From NCBI RefSeq assembly GCF_006345805.1, contig NC_042998.1:158534001-158598000 (forward strand): a DNA stretch of 64,000 nucleotides, written 5' to 3'. Source of the stretch: Octopus sinensis (Eukaryota). How positions within the stretch are numbered: position 1 is the first letter of the stretch; the number at the start of each line of letters is the position of its first letter. The position numbers were made by a program, and so were the translations under genes. Of the stretch, positions 27,712 through 41,471 are shown piece by piece. The notes below the pieces were generated by a model. That model was given only the letters and a program-made list of their open reading frames with translations. It did not search any database and was not told the origin of the DNA.

Positions 27712-27761
27712 TATATATATATGTATGTATCTATGTATCTATGTATGTGTGTATGTGTGCT

Positions 27762-27820
<59 letters not shown>

Positions 27821-27822
<2 letters not shown>

Positions 27823-27883
27823 GGCCGGCCGAAGCCTTGTGAGTGGATTTGGTAGACGGAAACTGAAAGAAGCCCATCGAATG

Positions 27884-27941
<58 letters not shown>

Positions 27942-28215
27942 TGTGTTTGTGTGTCTGTGTTTGTCTCCCTACCATCGCTTGACAGCCGATGCTGGTGTGT
28001 TTACGTCACCGTAACTTAGCGGTTCGGCCCAAGCGAACGATAGAATAGGTACAATTCTTATAAAGAATAATTACTGGGGTCGATTTGTTCGACTAAAGGC
28101 GGTGCTCCACCATGGCCGCAGTCAAATGACTGAAACAATAAGAGAATGTATATAAATGGCGGTGCCCCAGCATGGCCACAGCTCATAAGCTGAAACTAGA
28201 ATCAATCAATCAATC
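27821..28215 (+). mobile_element. SINE family B body with internal (TA)n(TG)n and a doubled tail
   Basis: gtggatttggtagacggaaactgaaagaagccc, then microsatellite, then ccatcgcttgacagccgatgctggtgtgttta...ggcggtgc(t/c)cc twice. Confidence 0.82.
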
Positions 28216-29022
28216 AATACACGCTCACCTTGACACACACATACACAGACATATACGCGTTTTACCTCTGGTGGTAATATGTCATTTAAGGGTAGAAACA
28301 CTTTATTTGTGTGTGTGTGTGTGAGTGTGTGTGTGTGTGTGTTTGTGTGTGTGTGCGCGGGTGCACGCCTGCGCGGGTGTAAGTGTGTGTAGACAAATAC
28401 ACACGTATATGTATGAGTTGTGAATTAAAAGCTGAAACTTATTTAAACAAGTATCATTCCATTATTCTGTGGTCGATATTTTTAACATAACTTGTGAAGG
28501 GAAAGTTACGTGTTTAGTATTTCCTGTTTCCTCTCTCGTATGAAGTTACTTATATCAAGATTTAGTGGGAACTACGTATTCATCCCAACATGGACTTTTC
28601 GTATTTAAAGTTAGAATTTATTCTGAAATATAACTACTTAAAATGAGCTTTCCTTCACTACAATCTCACGCTATGACACCTAGTGCTTCTTCGACAACAG
28701 TGGTTAAATCAAGGATTTATAAATGTGAATGCATTATAAACTACTATGATTTTCTGTCAATATAAATGATATTCTACAAAGCGAAAGTAGCTTGTTGATA
28801 GAGGTAAAATATATATTCATAAACACTCACTTCCACAGACACAAGTGCACACACACATATAAACCCATCTCCCAGTTTACTACCGTCACCTGACGCGTTT
28901 GGCGCCTTTAACAAAGCCTACTCTGCTGCAAGGATTCGTATCAGGCCTTCCCTTTGAGATACCTTCTTAAATCAATTTGGGAGGTACTGTAAAAGCCTTT
29001 TGACACTGCCTTCTTTGCTGGT

Positions 29023-29068
<46 letters not shown>

Positions 29069-29114
29069 GCCCTTGTGAAAACTATTAGGTGTATTAGTGT
29101 CTAATATTGGTTTC

Positions 29115-29320
29115 AAACTATGGTACAAGGCCAGCAATTTCGAGGAAGGGAGCAAGTCGGTTACAGCGCCCTCCCCCCAGTGCTCAATTGATACTTATTT
29201 TATCGATCGCATGAAAGGCAAAGTCGACCCCGCTGGCATTTGAACTCCGAACATGAATTCTGAAGAAATGCCGCTAAGCATTTTGTCCGGTGCGCTAACT
29301 ATTCTACCACCTCACCGCTC
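29115..29320 (-). mobile_element. SINE family A copy
   Basis: ggtacaaggccagcaatttcg...atgaaaggcaaagtcgacc...gccgctaagcattttgtccgg. Confidence 0.78.
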
Positions 29321-29699
29321 ATTAGTTTCTAACGTTAACACAGATCCTCAGTTTTTGGATAACTTTATTGTCGCTTAAAACGATTCCAGTCCTTTAATGT
29401 TTCTTCATTTATTTGCCCCAGAACGATCAAGGACAAAGCTGATACCAGGCAGATTTCGAATTGAGAATGTGAAGAGACGTAGCTTGCTACTGAAATACAT
29501 TTGGTCCTATACTTTACCGTTTCTGCCGATCTTCGCTACCCTCTATGCGCTAATATTTTAAAGAACCTCTGTGTTCATATAAACAACTCTCATTTGCATG
29601 GCTTTTTATGTAGGAATTTATATCAATAAACATATTTATAAATACATTTTGACAGCATATATTAGCTTATTTGTTCCAGATAAGCGGATAAGATAAGCT

Positions 29700-30382
29700 A
29701 GTGAATGGAAGCACAAGGATAAACGGAAAGCTGCTCACCCATCTAAGATTCGCTGATAGCGGAGAGCACCGATCAGCTGCAGACCATGCTGGACGGACTG
29801 GATTTCAGGGGTTCGGTGGTCGGTCTGAAAATCAAACATACGAAAACCCAACACAAGTAGTCTGAAGGCGTACCGATCAGTCGATTAACATTCGAAAGTA
29901 ATGAAATAATAGAGGTGGGCAACTATGTGTATCTCGGTCAAAAAGTGACTATAAAGCGAGAAATGGAGAATGAGATCTAGCGAAGAGTAACAGCAGGATA
30001 GAGAGCATTCAGCTCGGTGAAGGATGTACTGAAGGTGAACCTAGACAAGGCAACTTGTGCCAATCTCTTCAACAGCACAGTCTCTTGCCTGCACTGCTAT
30101 ATGCAAGTGATACTTGGGCCTCTACGAAGAGAAAAGAACATTTACTTACGGTGCAGAAAGCCATGGAAAGGTCGATGTTGGGAATCTCGCTAAGAGATCA
30201 CATCCGGAACGAGGAGATCAGGAATAGAACTGGAGCGAAGAACGTCTCCGCAGAATACCACCACTTAAAGCTACGATGGGCTGGTCATGTCGCAATGTCC
30301 ACAGACAATCAGTGGATCCGTGCAGTTGTCGAGTGGTACCCGAGCGAACGGAAGAGAGCAATGGGAAGATCTCCTTCTTATT
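29700..30382 (+). mobile_element. RTE-clade LINE fragment (RT thumb and C-terminus), degenerate
   Basis: [59 protein letters not shown]....EWYP..RKR..GR. In-frame stops present. Confidence 0.85.
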
Positions 30383-30411
30383 GCACAGCCACGACTGCAT
30401 ACATACATACA

Positions 30412-30536
<125 letters not shown>

Positions 30537-30541
30537 TACAT

Positions 30542-30872
30542 ATGGCACTCCGTCGGTTACGACGAAGAGGGTTCCAGTTGATCCAATCAACGGAACATGT
30601 GATCCTTAACGTATTTCTCGGGGAGATTCAGCGTGACACAGTGTGACAAGTTTGGCTCTTTGAAATACAGATACGACAGAAACAGGAAGAAAGAGTGAGA
30701 GAAAGTTGTGGTGAAAGAGTACAGCAGGGTCGCCGACCCCCCTTGACGGAGCCTCGTGGAGCTCTAGATGTTTTCGCTCAATAAACATTCACAACGCTCG
30801 GTCTGGGAATCGAAACCGCGAACCCACGACCGCAAGTCTGCTGTCCTAACCACTTGGCTATTGCGCCTCCAC
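30542..30872 (-). mobile_element. tRNA-derived SINE family C, full length
   Basis: Minus strand starts ggaggcgcaatagccaagtggttaggacagcagacttgcggtc...ggtttcgattccc (A and B boxes) and ends ...gtcgtaaccgacggagtgccata. Confidence 0.75.
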
Positions 30873-30971
30873 ACACAGACACATACACACACACACACAT
30901 ACACACACACACACACATATATATATGTATATATATATACATTCATATACATACGTATATGCATATATATA

Positions 30972-31002
<31 letters not shown>

Positions 31003-33007
31003 CGTATATATATATACATATACATATATCCGTACATACATATATATATGTATATATATATATATATATACGTATACACACACACACACATACACACACA
31101 CATATATACATATATACAAACACACATGTCTGTGTGTGCGTTTTCTGGTCCATATGCTAGTGATAACGCGAAGCAATAAAATTGCAAGCATCAAGATATA
31201 CTTTGTTCGGTATTTTTGCGCATTCTCCTTCAATGAATGTTCTTACTTCATCGACTGTTTATTCTTTTATTCTTTTGCTTTTCAGTCATTTGATTGCGGC
31301 CATGCAGGAGCACCGCCTTAAGCTGTTGCTGATTTTGTCCTGTAAACTTCTTCGAAGTTAAAAATTAAAAAAATTATAGTGCTAGGGGTCAGATGCACGC
31401 AGTGGTGTTCTACTGAATCTCTTAGCCCAATCTACATGTTTGACAAAATATATTCAAGATAGGCTTCCATATTACTACGGTAGTGTGGGGTGCCCATCTT
31501 GATAGAAATAAAACTTCACATCTTCAAAGCCTTCTTAAATGCTTGGCATGACAGACTGTTGCAGCAAGTTCAATTAAAGAACCATTCAAAATACCGTAAA
31601 AAAAAGAATGGTCCAATTAATCTTTTTAAATGTAAACCATGCCGTAGTGTAACTCCTGGAAAATTAACATGATGTTCCATCGTAATATTCTAATTTTCAG
31701 GTTCTCAGTAGGTATCATTATGACGGTTAATTGAATCATTTGATTTAAATATAGCCTCTTTACTCTAAACTGTACTTGAGGAAAGTGTCCCATCATCTAC
31801 ACATGCCACCAAGTATCACTCGCAAAACCCCACTCTTTAATCCGAATCATTTCCATTAAGAGCATGAACTATTCTTGGAAAATATATGTCAGGTCAGTTT
31901 TGTTTACATTTGGTAAAAATTTTAATGGCAATATTCCACCAATCTTGCATGTGTTGATGTGTACCTATGTACTCCATTGCAGATGATGTTTATATTTATC
32001 CCAGGTTAGTCATTTCTGCGGATGATATTATATATTGTTTTAGCGACAACATCACGTCAAAGTGGGAGCTAACACATCGATGATATTTTTGGCCAGTTAC
32101 TTATTGCGTGTGTTATATTCTTCATTGAAGAATGACATAATCAGCACTTGTGGTTGCGTCTTGGGATTTTAAGACCTTAAGCTTCCCGTTTGTTCATTAA
32201 ATAAACTGTATCTTCTGCTCTTGGATTACAAAAATGTAGCAATCGAGATGTCATGTGATGTTCATTCACGTGTCTCAGATAGGTTATACTTCATGTGAAT
32301 ATAATCATCTTTTTCAAGTTTAGAGGGTACCTGAAAATTTGCCGAAGATATCAAGAACTTTCGGATTTTAGCGAATTTCCTCTATAGGTCAGTCAAGTTC
32401 CCAAGTGTTGGTATTAGTGTGAGTACAGCAAATGCGTGGTGGAATATTATCTTATTGTAAACAGAAAGCCCTGACTGCTGTATCTTTTTAAGTCTGCTAT
32501 AACATATTGTAGTTATTCTATCTTTGTTCATTGTACTATTGTATGATACACTTTTCGTGAATCTCTAGGTATTTGTAACAATAATTTTGAGGAATTGGAG
32601 AGATAGAAACGCTACTGAAGCAAAGAGTTTGGGTTTAGGGAACAGTTTTAACAAGTTCATTTATTAAGTATGAATTTTACTTCTGACCAAATTTCATCCC
32701 TATATCATCGGAAAATGTGTTTAAATCCAGCAGTTTTTGGGCATAGCAAATATTTCGGATATAGATCTTTTAGGTCAGTCACAAAAATTACCTGCAATAT
32801 TAATGTTTTAGCTGCAGCAGACACAGTCGGTGAACTTTCATAAAAGACATTACAGTAGATTTAAAGCCGAAATAAATAGAAACACAGATTTTGGTGACAA
32901 TAAGGCAGAAGGTGTTTTGGCCAGCTGTAGAGACAGGAGTAGGCTACGAGTGTGGAAGATGTTACAAGATTTCTGAGTGTTTGTATGTATGTATGTATGT
33001 GTATTTT

Positions 33008-33040
<33 letters not shown>

Positions 33041-33315
33041 GCCGCAGGAGTGGCTGTGTGGTAAGAAGCTTGCTTCCCAACCACATGGTTCCGGGTTCAG
33101 TCCCACTGCGTGGCACCTTGGGCACCTTGGGCACCTTGGGCAAGTGCCTTCTACTATAGCCTCAAGCCGACCAAAGCCTTGTTTTTGAGTGGATCTGGTA
33201 GACGGAAACTGAAAAAAGCCTGTCGTATATATATATATATATATGCATGTATGTATTTATTTGTGCGTCTGTGTTCCCCCACCATCGCTTGACAACCGAT
33301 GCTGGTGTGTTTACA
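33041..33315 (+). mobile_element. SINE family B 5' portion
   Basis: gcaggagtggctgtgtggtaagaagcttgcttcccaaccacatggttccgggttcagtccc. Internal GGCACCTTG occurs three times. Confidence 0.85.
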
Positions 33316-34217
33316 ACTGTAAGTTATATTTACTACAATAAGGAATTTACTACAAAGGAAATAATACCCATTATTTATGCCTTGTTATACACACACGCAC
33401 ACACATACGCATTGATGTACTCACTCACTCACTCACTCACACATACACACACGCATACATACATACATGCATACATACATACATACATATATATACATAC
33501 ATGCATGCATACATATATATATATACATACATACATATATGTACATATATGTGTATGCATGTATATATGTATATATGTGTATATGAATATATGTACGTAT
33601 GTATGCATGTATGTATGTAAGTATATATATGTACGTATAGACATACACAAACACACGTCTATGTGTGTATACTTAGTGTGTCGGTGCCATCACTAATTAG
33701 ATAAACACAGGGACATTTTGCTATCTTTCCTTCTCCTGTACGTTTGTTTGTTGTCTTATCCTTTATTCCATTCGTACATCAGATGCAAACAGATTATGAA
33801 ATCTACAGTACAGCCTTCATTTTAAATAAAATTATTAAACATTGATTTGCAACATTGCTTGCTTGTTTATTTGTTTTTTTTGTCTTCCATTGCTAAACTG
33901 TATCGTCAATATGACTGAGCGTCTGCGTATTATTATAATCATATGTACATAGATATTTATTTCATTTAATTATAGATAAATTTCAAGACTGATGGTGCCT
34001 CATATTTAACATTATTTTCCGTTTTTCCTTTTTTTTAATTCTTATATTTTAAAGTTTACAAAATTTTAAAATGTTGAATAGTATTTTTTCTAAAATAAAT
34101 AAATGAATAATTTAATAAGTTGCACAAAATTTGACGAAGATGAAAACAGGAATGTTCAATTTTTTTTTTAGACGAAAATTAAAAAAAAAAGTTATTACCT
34201 TTGTTGTGAATATGTCT

Positions 34218-34600
34218 ATGGTACATTGCCAGCAATTTCGGGAAAGTGGGTAAGTCGATTATCGACTCTGAAATGATGAAAAGCAAAGTCGACGTCGGTG
34301 GAATTTGAAATCAGAACGTAAAAACGAATGAAATATCGTAAAACGTTTTGTCTGGAATGCAAACGATTCTGCCAGCTCACCGCCCTATGTGCATTTATTT
34401 TAATAATGATTTCAAACTTTGACACAAAGTCAACAATTTCAAGGGAGGGGTAGGTCGATCCTGGTACTTATTCTATCGATCCCAAAAAGATGAAAGACAA
34501 AGTCGATCTCGGCGGAATTTGAACTCAGAGCATGAAGACGGACAAAATGCCGTTAAGCATTCTGTTGGACATGCAAAAGATTGTGCCAGCTCGCTGCCAT
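34218..34600 (-). mobile_element. Two tandem SINE family A copies (34218-34385, 34420-34600)
   Basis: Two reverse-complement cores, each ending in gccagctc(a/g)c. Confidence 0.8.
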
Positions 34601-35719
34601 TTTAATAATGCTTGTCAAAAAGAATCACCAGAACAGGAATTGATGCATGTTAGATAGGATGCTCTTCTTGTCGCTTGCTTAGTCGATATCTCAAATCTAA
34701 TTGTACAGATGTACGAGTAAAGGCTTTCAGGGTCCAACGTGATGGTCTCAGTAAAGTTCGCTTTGTAATCACGAAAACCAGGTTCGATCCCACCTCATGG
34801 CATCTTTGGCAGTTGTTCTTTACTATAGATTCAAGTCAACCCAAACCTTGCGAGTGAAACTGGACAGACGCAGACTACACAGAATCCCTTCTGATGGATT
34901 GTACCTGTAATTCAAAGGAACACAAAGTATTACACTGATTCTATCTGAGGATTAGATTAAGGTCATAGTCATCTCTGGAATACTCAACCAATTGCCTGCT
35001 AATTCATATGCAGGTAATTTAATTGATCGAACGATTAAATCTTCACTGCTGAACGACGGAGATCCACCACCATATTTTGAGACGAAGGTGGAAAAATGTG
35101 ATTAATCCGTGACGAAGGTGGGGATTTGTGATTGCCCTGTGCCAGAGGTGGTGGAGTGTTACTACTGTAGTGCCATATGTGGTGGAGCCTGGTTACGTTG
35201 TGATAAAGGTGGAGAAATTTGGAGGAGGAATACAGTCGGTCATATGGAATCCAGTCGTTGTTTTTTTACCTATTTTATCGATCTTAAAAGAATAATTCAA
35301 GGATTGATAAGTAGAGATTTCTGGAGTGTATTCGTATTATGGCCACATATCTTCTGTTTCTTCTCCTGTGAAGGCCGTAAAGTTTAATCCAATGACCATC
35401 AAATTTTATAACTATTTAATTTTATGACCATTAAATTATATTTAAACTCATGAAATAAAAACTACTTACTGAAAATTTCATTTATAGTAAATGAATTATC
35501 ACTGACGGTCATCTGCAGCCCACTTATGGTTGGAGTTTGATGACATTTCATATCGTTTCCCGTCATTGTTGCTCTGGGGAATATGTATGAATGTCATTAC
35601 TACTCTTTCACTGGTTCAACATGTGGAATATGGCCAAGCAGAAACACTTAACAAATATTAATTCTTCTTGTGTATAAAATACATATATGTAAAGTTGGTG
35701 TGGTTCTTCTTCCACGCCC

Positions 35720-35962
35720 ATCCTTCCTCTCCTTCCTCTTCTCCTTCCTCTTCTCCTTCCTCTTCTCCTTCCTCTTCTTCTTCTTCTTCTTCTTTTTCTT
35801 CTTCTCCTTCTTCTTCTTCTTCTTTTTCTTCTTCTTCTTCTTCTTCTTCTTCTTCTTCTTCTTTTTCTTCTTTTTCTTCTTCTTCTTCTTCTTCTTCTTC
35901 TTCTCCTCCTCCTCCTCTCCTCCTCCTCCTCCTCCTCCTCCTCCTACTACTACTACTACTAC
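35720..35962. repeat. Polypyrimidine (TTC)n/(TCC)n tract
   Basis: Direct reading. About 220 nt of almost only C and T on the + strand. Confidence 0.92.
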
Positions 35963-36994
35963 TTGTTTTCTTCTGCTCTTCCACCGTTTATTTTAGTGTT
36001 GTTATGGGGCTCTATTCTAAAAACTATATCCCAAATGAGCTGCATATTTTGTTTTTGCGTATCTAGTTACCTAAGCCTTACTCATGCCTTCACACTTTTC
36101 CACTCTACCTCTGATTTTATTTACCAACCGTCCCTGTCTTTCACCCTTGTCTTTATTTTCTATTCTACCTTTGTCTTTCTTTCCACTCTTTTCAGACATA
36201 GTCAATATATGACAACATTATTCAATTCTCTTATACGTACGATTTTAGAGACATTCGTCTGATATTTCTAACAGGTTAAGCAATTGTGTAGAGACTTTAT
36301 AGTTAATTCTCATGACGAGATAATTGGAGACATTTTTGTCGTTGTTGTAACAACGATCAAAGACGTCCTAGTTATGAATGTCTCTTCTTCTTTATGACAT
36401 ATTGTTTATTGAACGTCAGAGTCCACTGGAGCCATGCTTTTAAAACAATATATGATTATATATATAGAAGATTATGGTGATTATTTCTTGCTGTGTGCAG
36501 GCTTCTTCGTTGGCCAGTCTCCATTTTGTTTTGATATAAGTCTATTATCCAGCAGCCAAACATCAGCGTTGTACCTGTTTCATAAAAAGTATGAATAAAA
36601 CTATTTTCTGAGTTGCTCCGTCCTCTTAGCTGTAAATCAAAGATTCCAAAAGTTGCAATAATACTGCAGAGTACAGTATGATTCCTGTTGGATTGAAGTA
36701 AAGAAAAATTCCACCAATTAAATATCCTTTTATTTTATCTGTTTTATCTTATCTATTTTTTGTTATATCATCCTTTCACCATCCCAGTTATTATATCTAC
36801 ATTTCTCCTACATCTACATTCATCTTATTCTCCGTTCGTTTCATTAAACAGAGATAATAACTCACACGATTTGTACTTCCTACATTTTTCTTTTCCTCTC
36901 TCTTTCTTTAACTTTCTTATTTTCCTCCTTGTTTCTCCTTACTATAGAGTGTCTTGGTTACTTAGCTTTACACTTTCTAGAGATCTTCAGCACT

Positions 36995-38367
36995 AGCTAA
37001 AACCATAAAGCTCAATCATACCGACCGGTTTCCCTTACTTCAATAATCAGCAAGATGTTCGAAACCATCCTCAAGAAAGGTATGTTGCTCCACCTCCAAG
37101 ACACAGCCTCTATCTCTGATTCCCAACACGGCTTCGTGCCGAAGAGATCATGCTTGACCAACTTACTGGTAAAGGAAGAATTGGTGACGCGTATCCTGGA
37201 TGATGGTGATGCTGTTGACATCGTTTTATTGGACTTTGCCAAAGCTTTTGACTTGGTTAACCACCGCCTATTACTTGTCAAACTTCAAGCATATCGTTTC
37301 CATCAGGATATTGTACGATGGGTTGGTGCCTTCCTCTCAGATCGCTCCTTCCAAGTCCAAGTTAATGGTTCGCTGTCCGACGTTTCCAGTGCGAGCAGTG
37401 GCGTGCCTCAAGGTTCAGTACTTGGGCCGTTATTGTTTTTAGTCTTCATCAATGACTTGCACGACGACCTCACGCAACACACCCTTCTATTTGCCGACGA
37501 CGTCAAACTGGTCGCTCCTCGCAGTAATATAGATGATCAAGTTTGGAGATGGTCAAACGAATGGGACCTGTGTCTGAACGTGTCAAAGTGCTGTCATCTG
37601 CCTGTTGGCTCCTCTCCTGCAACTCAACTTGATTTCGAGCCGGGTCGTCTGTTGCTGGAGAAGACCGACCAAGTAAAGGACCTGGGTATCTTGGTGGATT
37701 CTTCCTTTTCGCCTTTGGCCCAGTGCGTCCATGCTGCCAACAAAGCACGCGGAGTTCTGTTTTTGATTCGACGGTCATTCGGAATGCTCACAGCAGCCAT
37801 ATTCCTACCGTCTATGCCACGCTGGTGAGACCCATATTGGAGTACGGGATTCAAGCCTCTTCTCCTTATCTCCTCAAAGACATACATCATCTTGAAAGAG
37901 TCCAGAAGCTGGCTACCCGCATGGTTCATGGTCTCAAGCATTTGTCTTATGAAGAAAGGCTGAAGACACTCGACCTTTATTCTTTCGAAAAACGACGACG
38001 CCGTGGTGATCTCATTCTCGATCACAACATCATAAGTGGAAAGTGTAACCTCTCGAAATAGCTGTTCTTCACTCCTGCTCCAGAGCGTAGGCTGCGTGGT
38101 CACTCCGAAAAGCTCTATCTACGACGATTTCATCTCAATCGAAGGAAAGGGGCTTTCTCCGTCCGGGTTGCGGATCCGTGGATTAAGCTGCCGGACGAGA
38201 TAGTGAAGATGCCGACGACAGGTCAGTTCAAAGTCTCTCTTGACCAGAAATAGCCTGAACTCTTTGTATGACCACACTCCCTGTACATAACACCCTATCC
38301 CCCTACATGGCCTTGCTTTTGCTTTTTGAGCCAATAAAACTGAATTGAATTGAAATTGAATTGAATT
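36995..38367 (+). mobile_element. 5'-truncated CR1/L2-group LINE with near-intact RT
   Basis: YRPVSLTSIISKM, QHGFVPKRSCLTNL, LDFAKAFD, SGVPQGSVLGPLLFLVFIND, LFADD, DLGI, LVRPILEY, ERVQKLATRM, RRRRGDLI, LRGHSEKL. AATAAA at 38333 followed by a (TGAAT)n-like tail. One frameshift near 37810 and stops downstream. Confidence 0.92.
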
Positions 38368-38984
38368 ACATAAATATAAATAGATATAAACTTATATATG
38401 TATATACATATATGCATTCACACGTATTTACGTATTAGTATACGTATGTGTGTGTGGGGGGTGTACAAATCTGTATTGGAAGTGTCAAATCATATATAAA
38501 TTCTATTATTTCTCTTTCCTGCAGCAACTAAAATATTCATAAGTGTATGTATCACATACAAATTATTTTCGTAAGAATCGCCAAAACTATATAGAAATAT
38601 GTAGGGGTCTATAGAAATGAACGCTCTTTTTTCACATGCATCATATTCTCATACACGCCTAGACACTTTCAAAAATACTCAAAAGCGCATGCACCATTTT
38701 ACGTTATATTCTTAATAGACACCATGATTAAAGAGGAACGTGCAGACGTCTGCGAACACATGCAAAAAAAACACACTTGCTCATGCACATATACACATAC
38801 AGGAGCAATAGGAGAAATATACTCTTCACATTGAGACATATGCATACACAAACGTGTATAGAGACAAACATCTAGTCAAACACATATTTTTCACACATAT
38901 GTGCACATATAGTACACATAAATACACGCACAAATACACAAAAACAACTCATAAATGTACATTTAATCTTTTCTACTATAAGCA

Positions 38985-39160
38985 CAGGGCCGGATATTTG
39001 GTCGGGTGTAAGGGGCTATTCGATTATATCGACGCCATTAGTTGACTGGTGCTTATTTCATCAACATCGGAGGGTGAAAGGCTGAGCAGAGCTCGGCGAA
39101 ATTTGAACTCAGACGTTAAGCATTTTGTCTATCGTGCTAATGATTCTGCCTGCTCACTAC
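38985..39160 (-). mobile_element. SINE family A copy (degenerate)
   Basis: gactggtgcttatttc...cggcgaaatttgaactcaga...tgctaatgattctgcc. Confidence 0.7.
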
Positions 39161-39222
39161 CTTATATATGCATATATAATGACGCATGTATGTCAGTGTA
39201 CAAAGGTATTAAAAACATATAC

Positions 39223-39334
39223 ATATATATATATAATATATATAATATATATATATTATATATATTATATATAATATATATATTATATATATATTATATA
39301 TATATAATTATATATATATATATTATATATATAT

Positions 39335-39368
<34 letters not shown>

Positions 39369-39417
39369 ATATTATATATATATATTATATATATATTATA
39401 TATATATATATTAATAT

Positions 39418-39448
<31 letters not shown>

Positions 39449-39459
39449 TATTATATATA

Positions 39460-39508
<49 letters not shown>

Positions 39509-39600
39509 ATATATACATGCATATATATATACATACATACATACATACATACATATATTATTATTTATATATATATATATATAATATATATATACACGTG
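39223..39600. repeat. Interrupted (TA)n tract
   Basis: Direct reading. About 290 nt contain only A and T. Confidence 0.92.
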
Positions 39601-40355
39601 TGTGTGTATGTGTGTTTACCTACATATACACATGCTTACACGAGTATATAATGGTGCGAGCACGAACATAGAGGCACTGTAAAGTCTTCATCAATAAAAT
39701 TTCCCTCCTTGTTCTTTAAAAACTGAAGTGAAATGTATATACAATGGCTGGTTGTGCACCAGCAAAAACCCCTCTTCGACCGGACCTAAAGCACTGAGCG
39801 GAATAAGGAATTGTTGACCTCTCGAACGCTACAGATGATCATGATCGAGCCGAACAAATACAAACATGTTCGACCAGACGTCATTTTGTTTACGTGTTAC
39901 AGGTCAACTCCAAACTATAGGGGAACATGTGGAAGGTAACAGAGCCCATCCCACTAGAATCTTTTAATCCACGTCATTGCCTTATCAGCGTGAAATTGAA
40001 TCGCATTGATCTCTGTTTGGAAGATACAGCAACGTTCGTAACTCAGTTTTTCCTGCTCTCATTAAAGGGAAGCCAACATGTTAAACTTGATATACTTTCT
40101 ATCATTACTATGACTGCTACGATTACTCTCAAAAATTCAACAACTATCACTGCTAATGTTTAATATTCTTTAAAGCATTTCAGTGAGAGCTTTCCTGTGT
40201 AATCCAGCCGATCTTGGATCTCTGTAAAGGCATAGCAATTCCTAGCACCCCTAGCAATAATCTCATTCAGTCTACTTAAGCCATCGATAAGATAGTTGAT
40301 CCATTGCTACTTATTACCTACCTGGTGACTAATCAGCTCTAGTCCTTACCCATGT

Positions 40356-40402
<47 letters not shown>

Positions 40403-40431
40403 ATATATATATATATATATCTTATATTATA

Positions 40432-40506
<75 letters not shown>

Positions 40507-40583
40507 TATATATATAACAGAGGATAGAGACAGACAGACCAGACAGACAGAGAGAGAGATGCATACAATGTAAATGGATACAT

Positions 40584-40614
<31 letters not shown>

Positions 40615-40778
40615 TATATATATGTATATATATATATAATTATTAATTTAGTATATAATCACCTACAAAGTTTTTTATTTCATACTGACTATCTGAAATA
40701 ATCATTAGCGTGATTTTATCCTTCAATTCTATTAAGAATAAATAATAATATAATAATAATAATAACAACAACAACAAC

Positions 40779-40810
<32 letters not shown>

Positions 40811-40857
40811 TCATAATAATAATAATTAATAAAATAATATAATAATAATAATAATAA

Positions 40858-41383
40858 TGCCATCAAAGTGACAATGGGGTAAAATATACGAGCCCAGTAC
40901 CCATCATGATACCCGTCTGATAAGGGTACACCAAGTACATGCATCACAACCATATGTGCGCGACACGGTGATGTCATATCAAGATAAACAGCGCATGACC
41001 TTGCAGGTGAGGCCCAGTTAGAATTTTCTTCTGGTCGAGTAGCCCAGTCCGCTCAAAAGGTGCCTGAATGATTGTTTAAGGATGTTGAACGAACCACCCA
41101 TATTTCCAAAGGTGAATTATCCAAACCTCCAAGAATTCCTTTCAACACACGGCTATGATGCTCCCCCACTACTTCTGCTCTTGATCAGAGATGCACATAT
41201 CGTCAGCCACTAAGGGACATGGTCAACTGGTTATGGTCAAACAACTGACAAGTAAATCTCTGGTACTGAGCAAAATATTTGCTGTAGCCAATCTTTTATA
41301 TCAAGACAAAACAAAGTGCATAACACTTCCAATCAGTTAAGATCAGAAGCCATGAGAGCCACTGCCTGGTACTGCATCAGGAC
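40858..41383. mobile_element. ~530-bp non-coding interspersed element, copy 2
   Basis: Colinear with copies 1 and 3. Flanked by (AAT)n and (ATT/GTT)n. Confidence 0.88.
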
Positions 41384-41405
41384 AGCTCTTATTATTATTA
41401 TTATT

Positions 41406-41447
<42 letters not shown>

Positions 41448-41471
41448 ATCATTATTATTATTATTATTATT

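Noticed and set aside
30790-30872. tRNA-like sequence on the minus strand (also the heads of SINE A and B)
   Set aside because: It has A/B boxes but no proper acceptor stem and runs into a SINE body, so it is a SINE head and not a tRNA gene.
35658-35984. Poly-Glu/Arg acidic ORF
   Set aside because: It is the (GAA/GGA)n repeat, with no splice context or domain.
36481-36540. Acceptor-like tttcttgctgtgtgcAG followed by GFF codons
   Set aside because: It continues GFFVGQSP, not the GFFKRS of a nuclear-receptor DBD.
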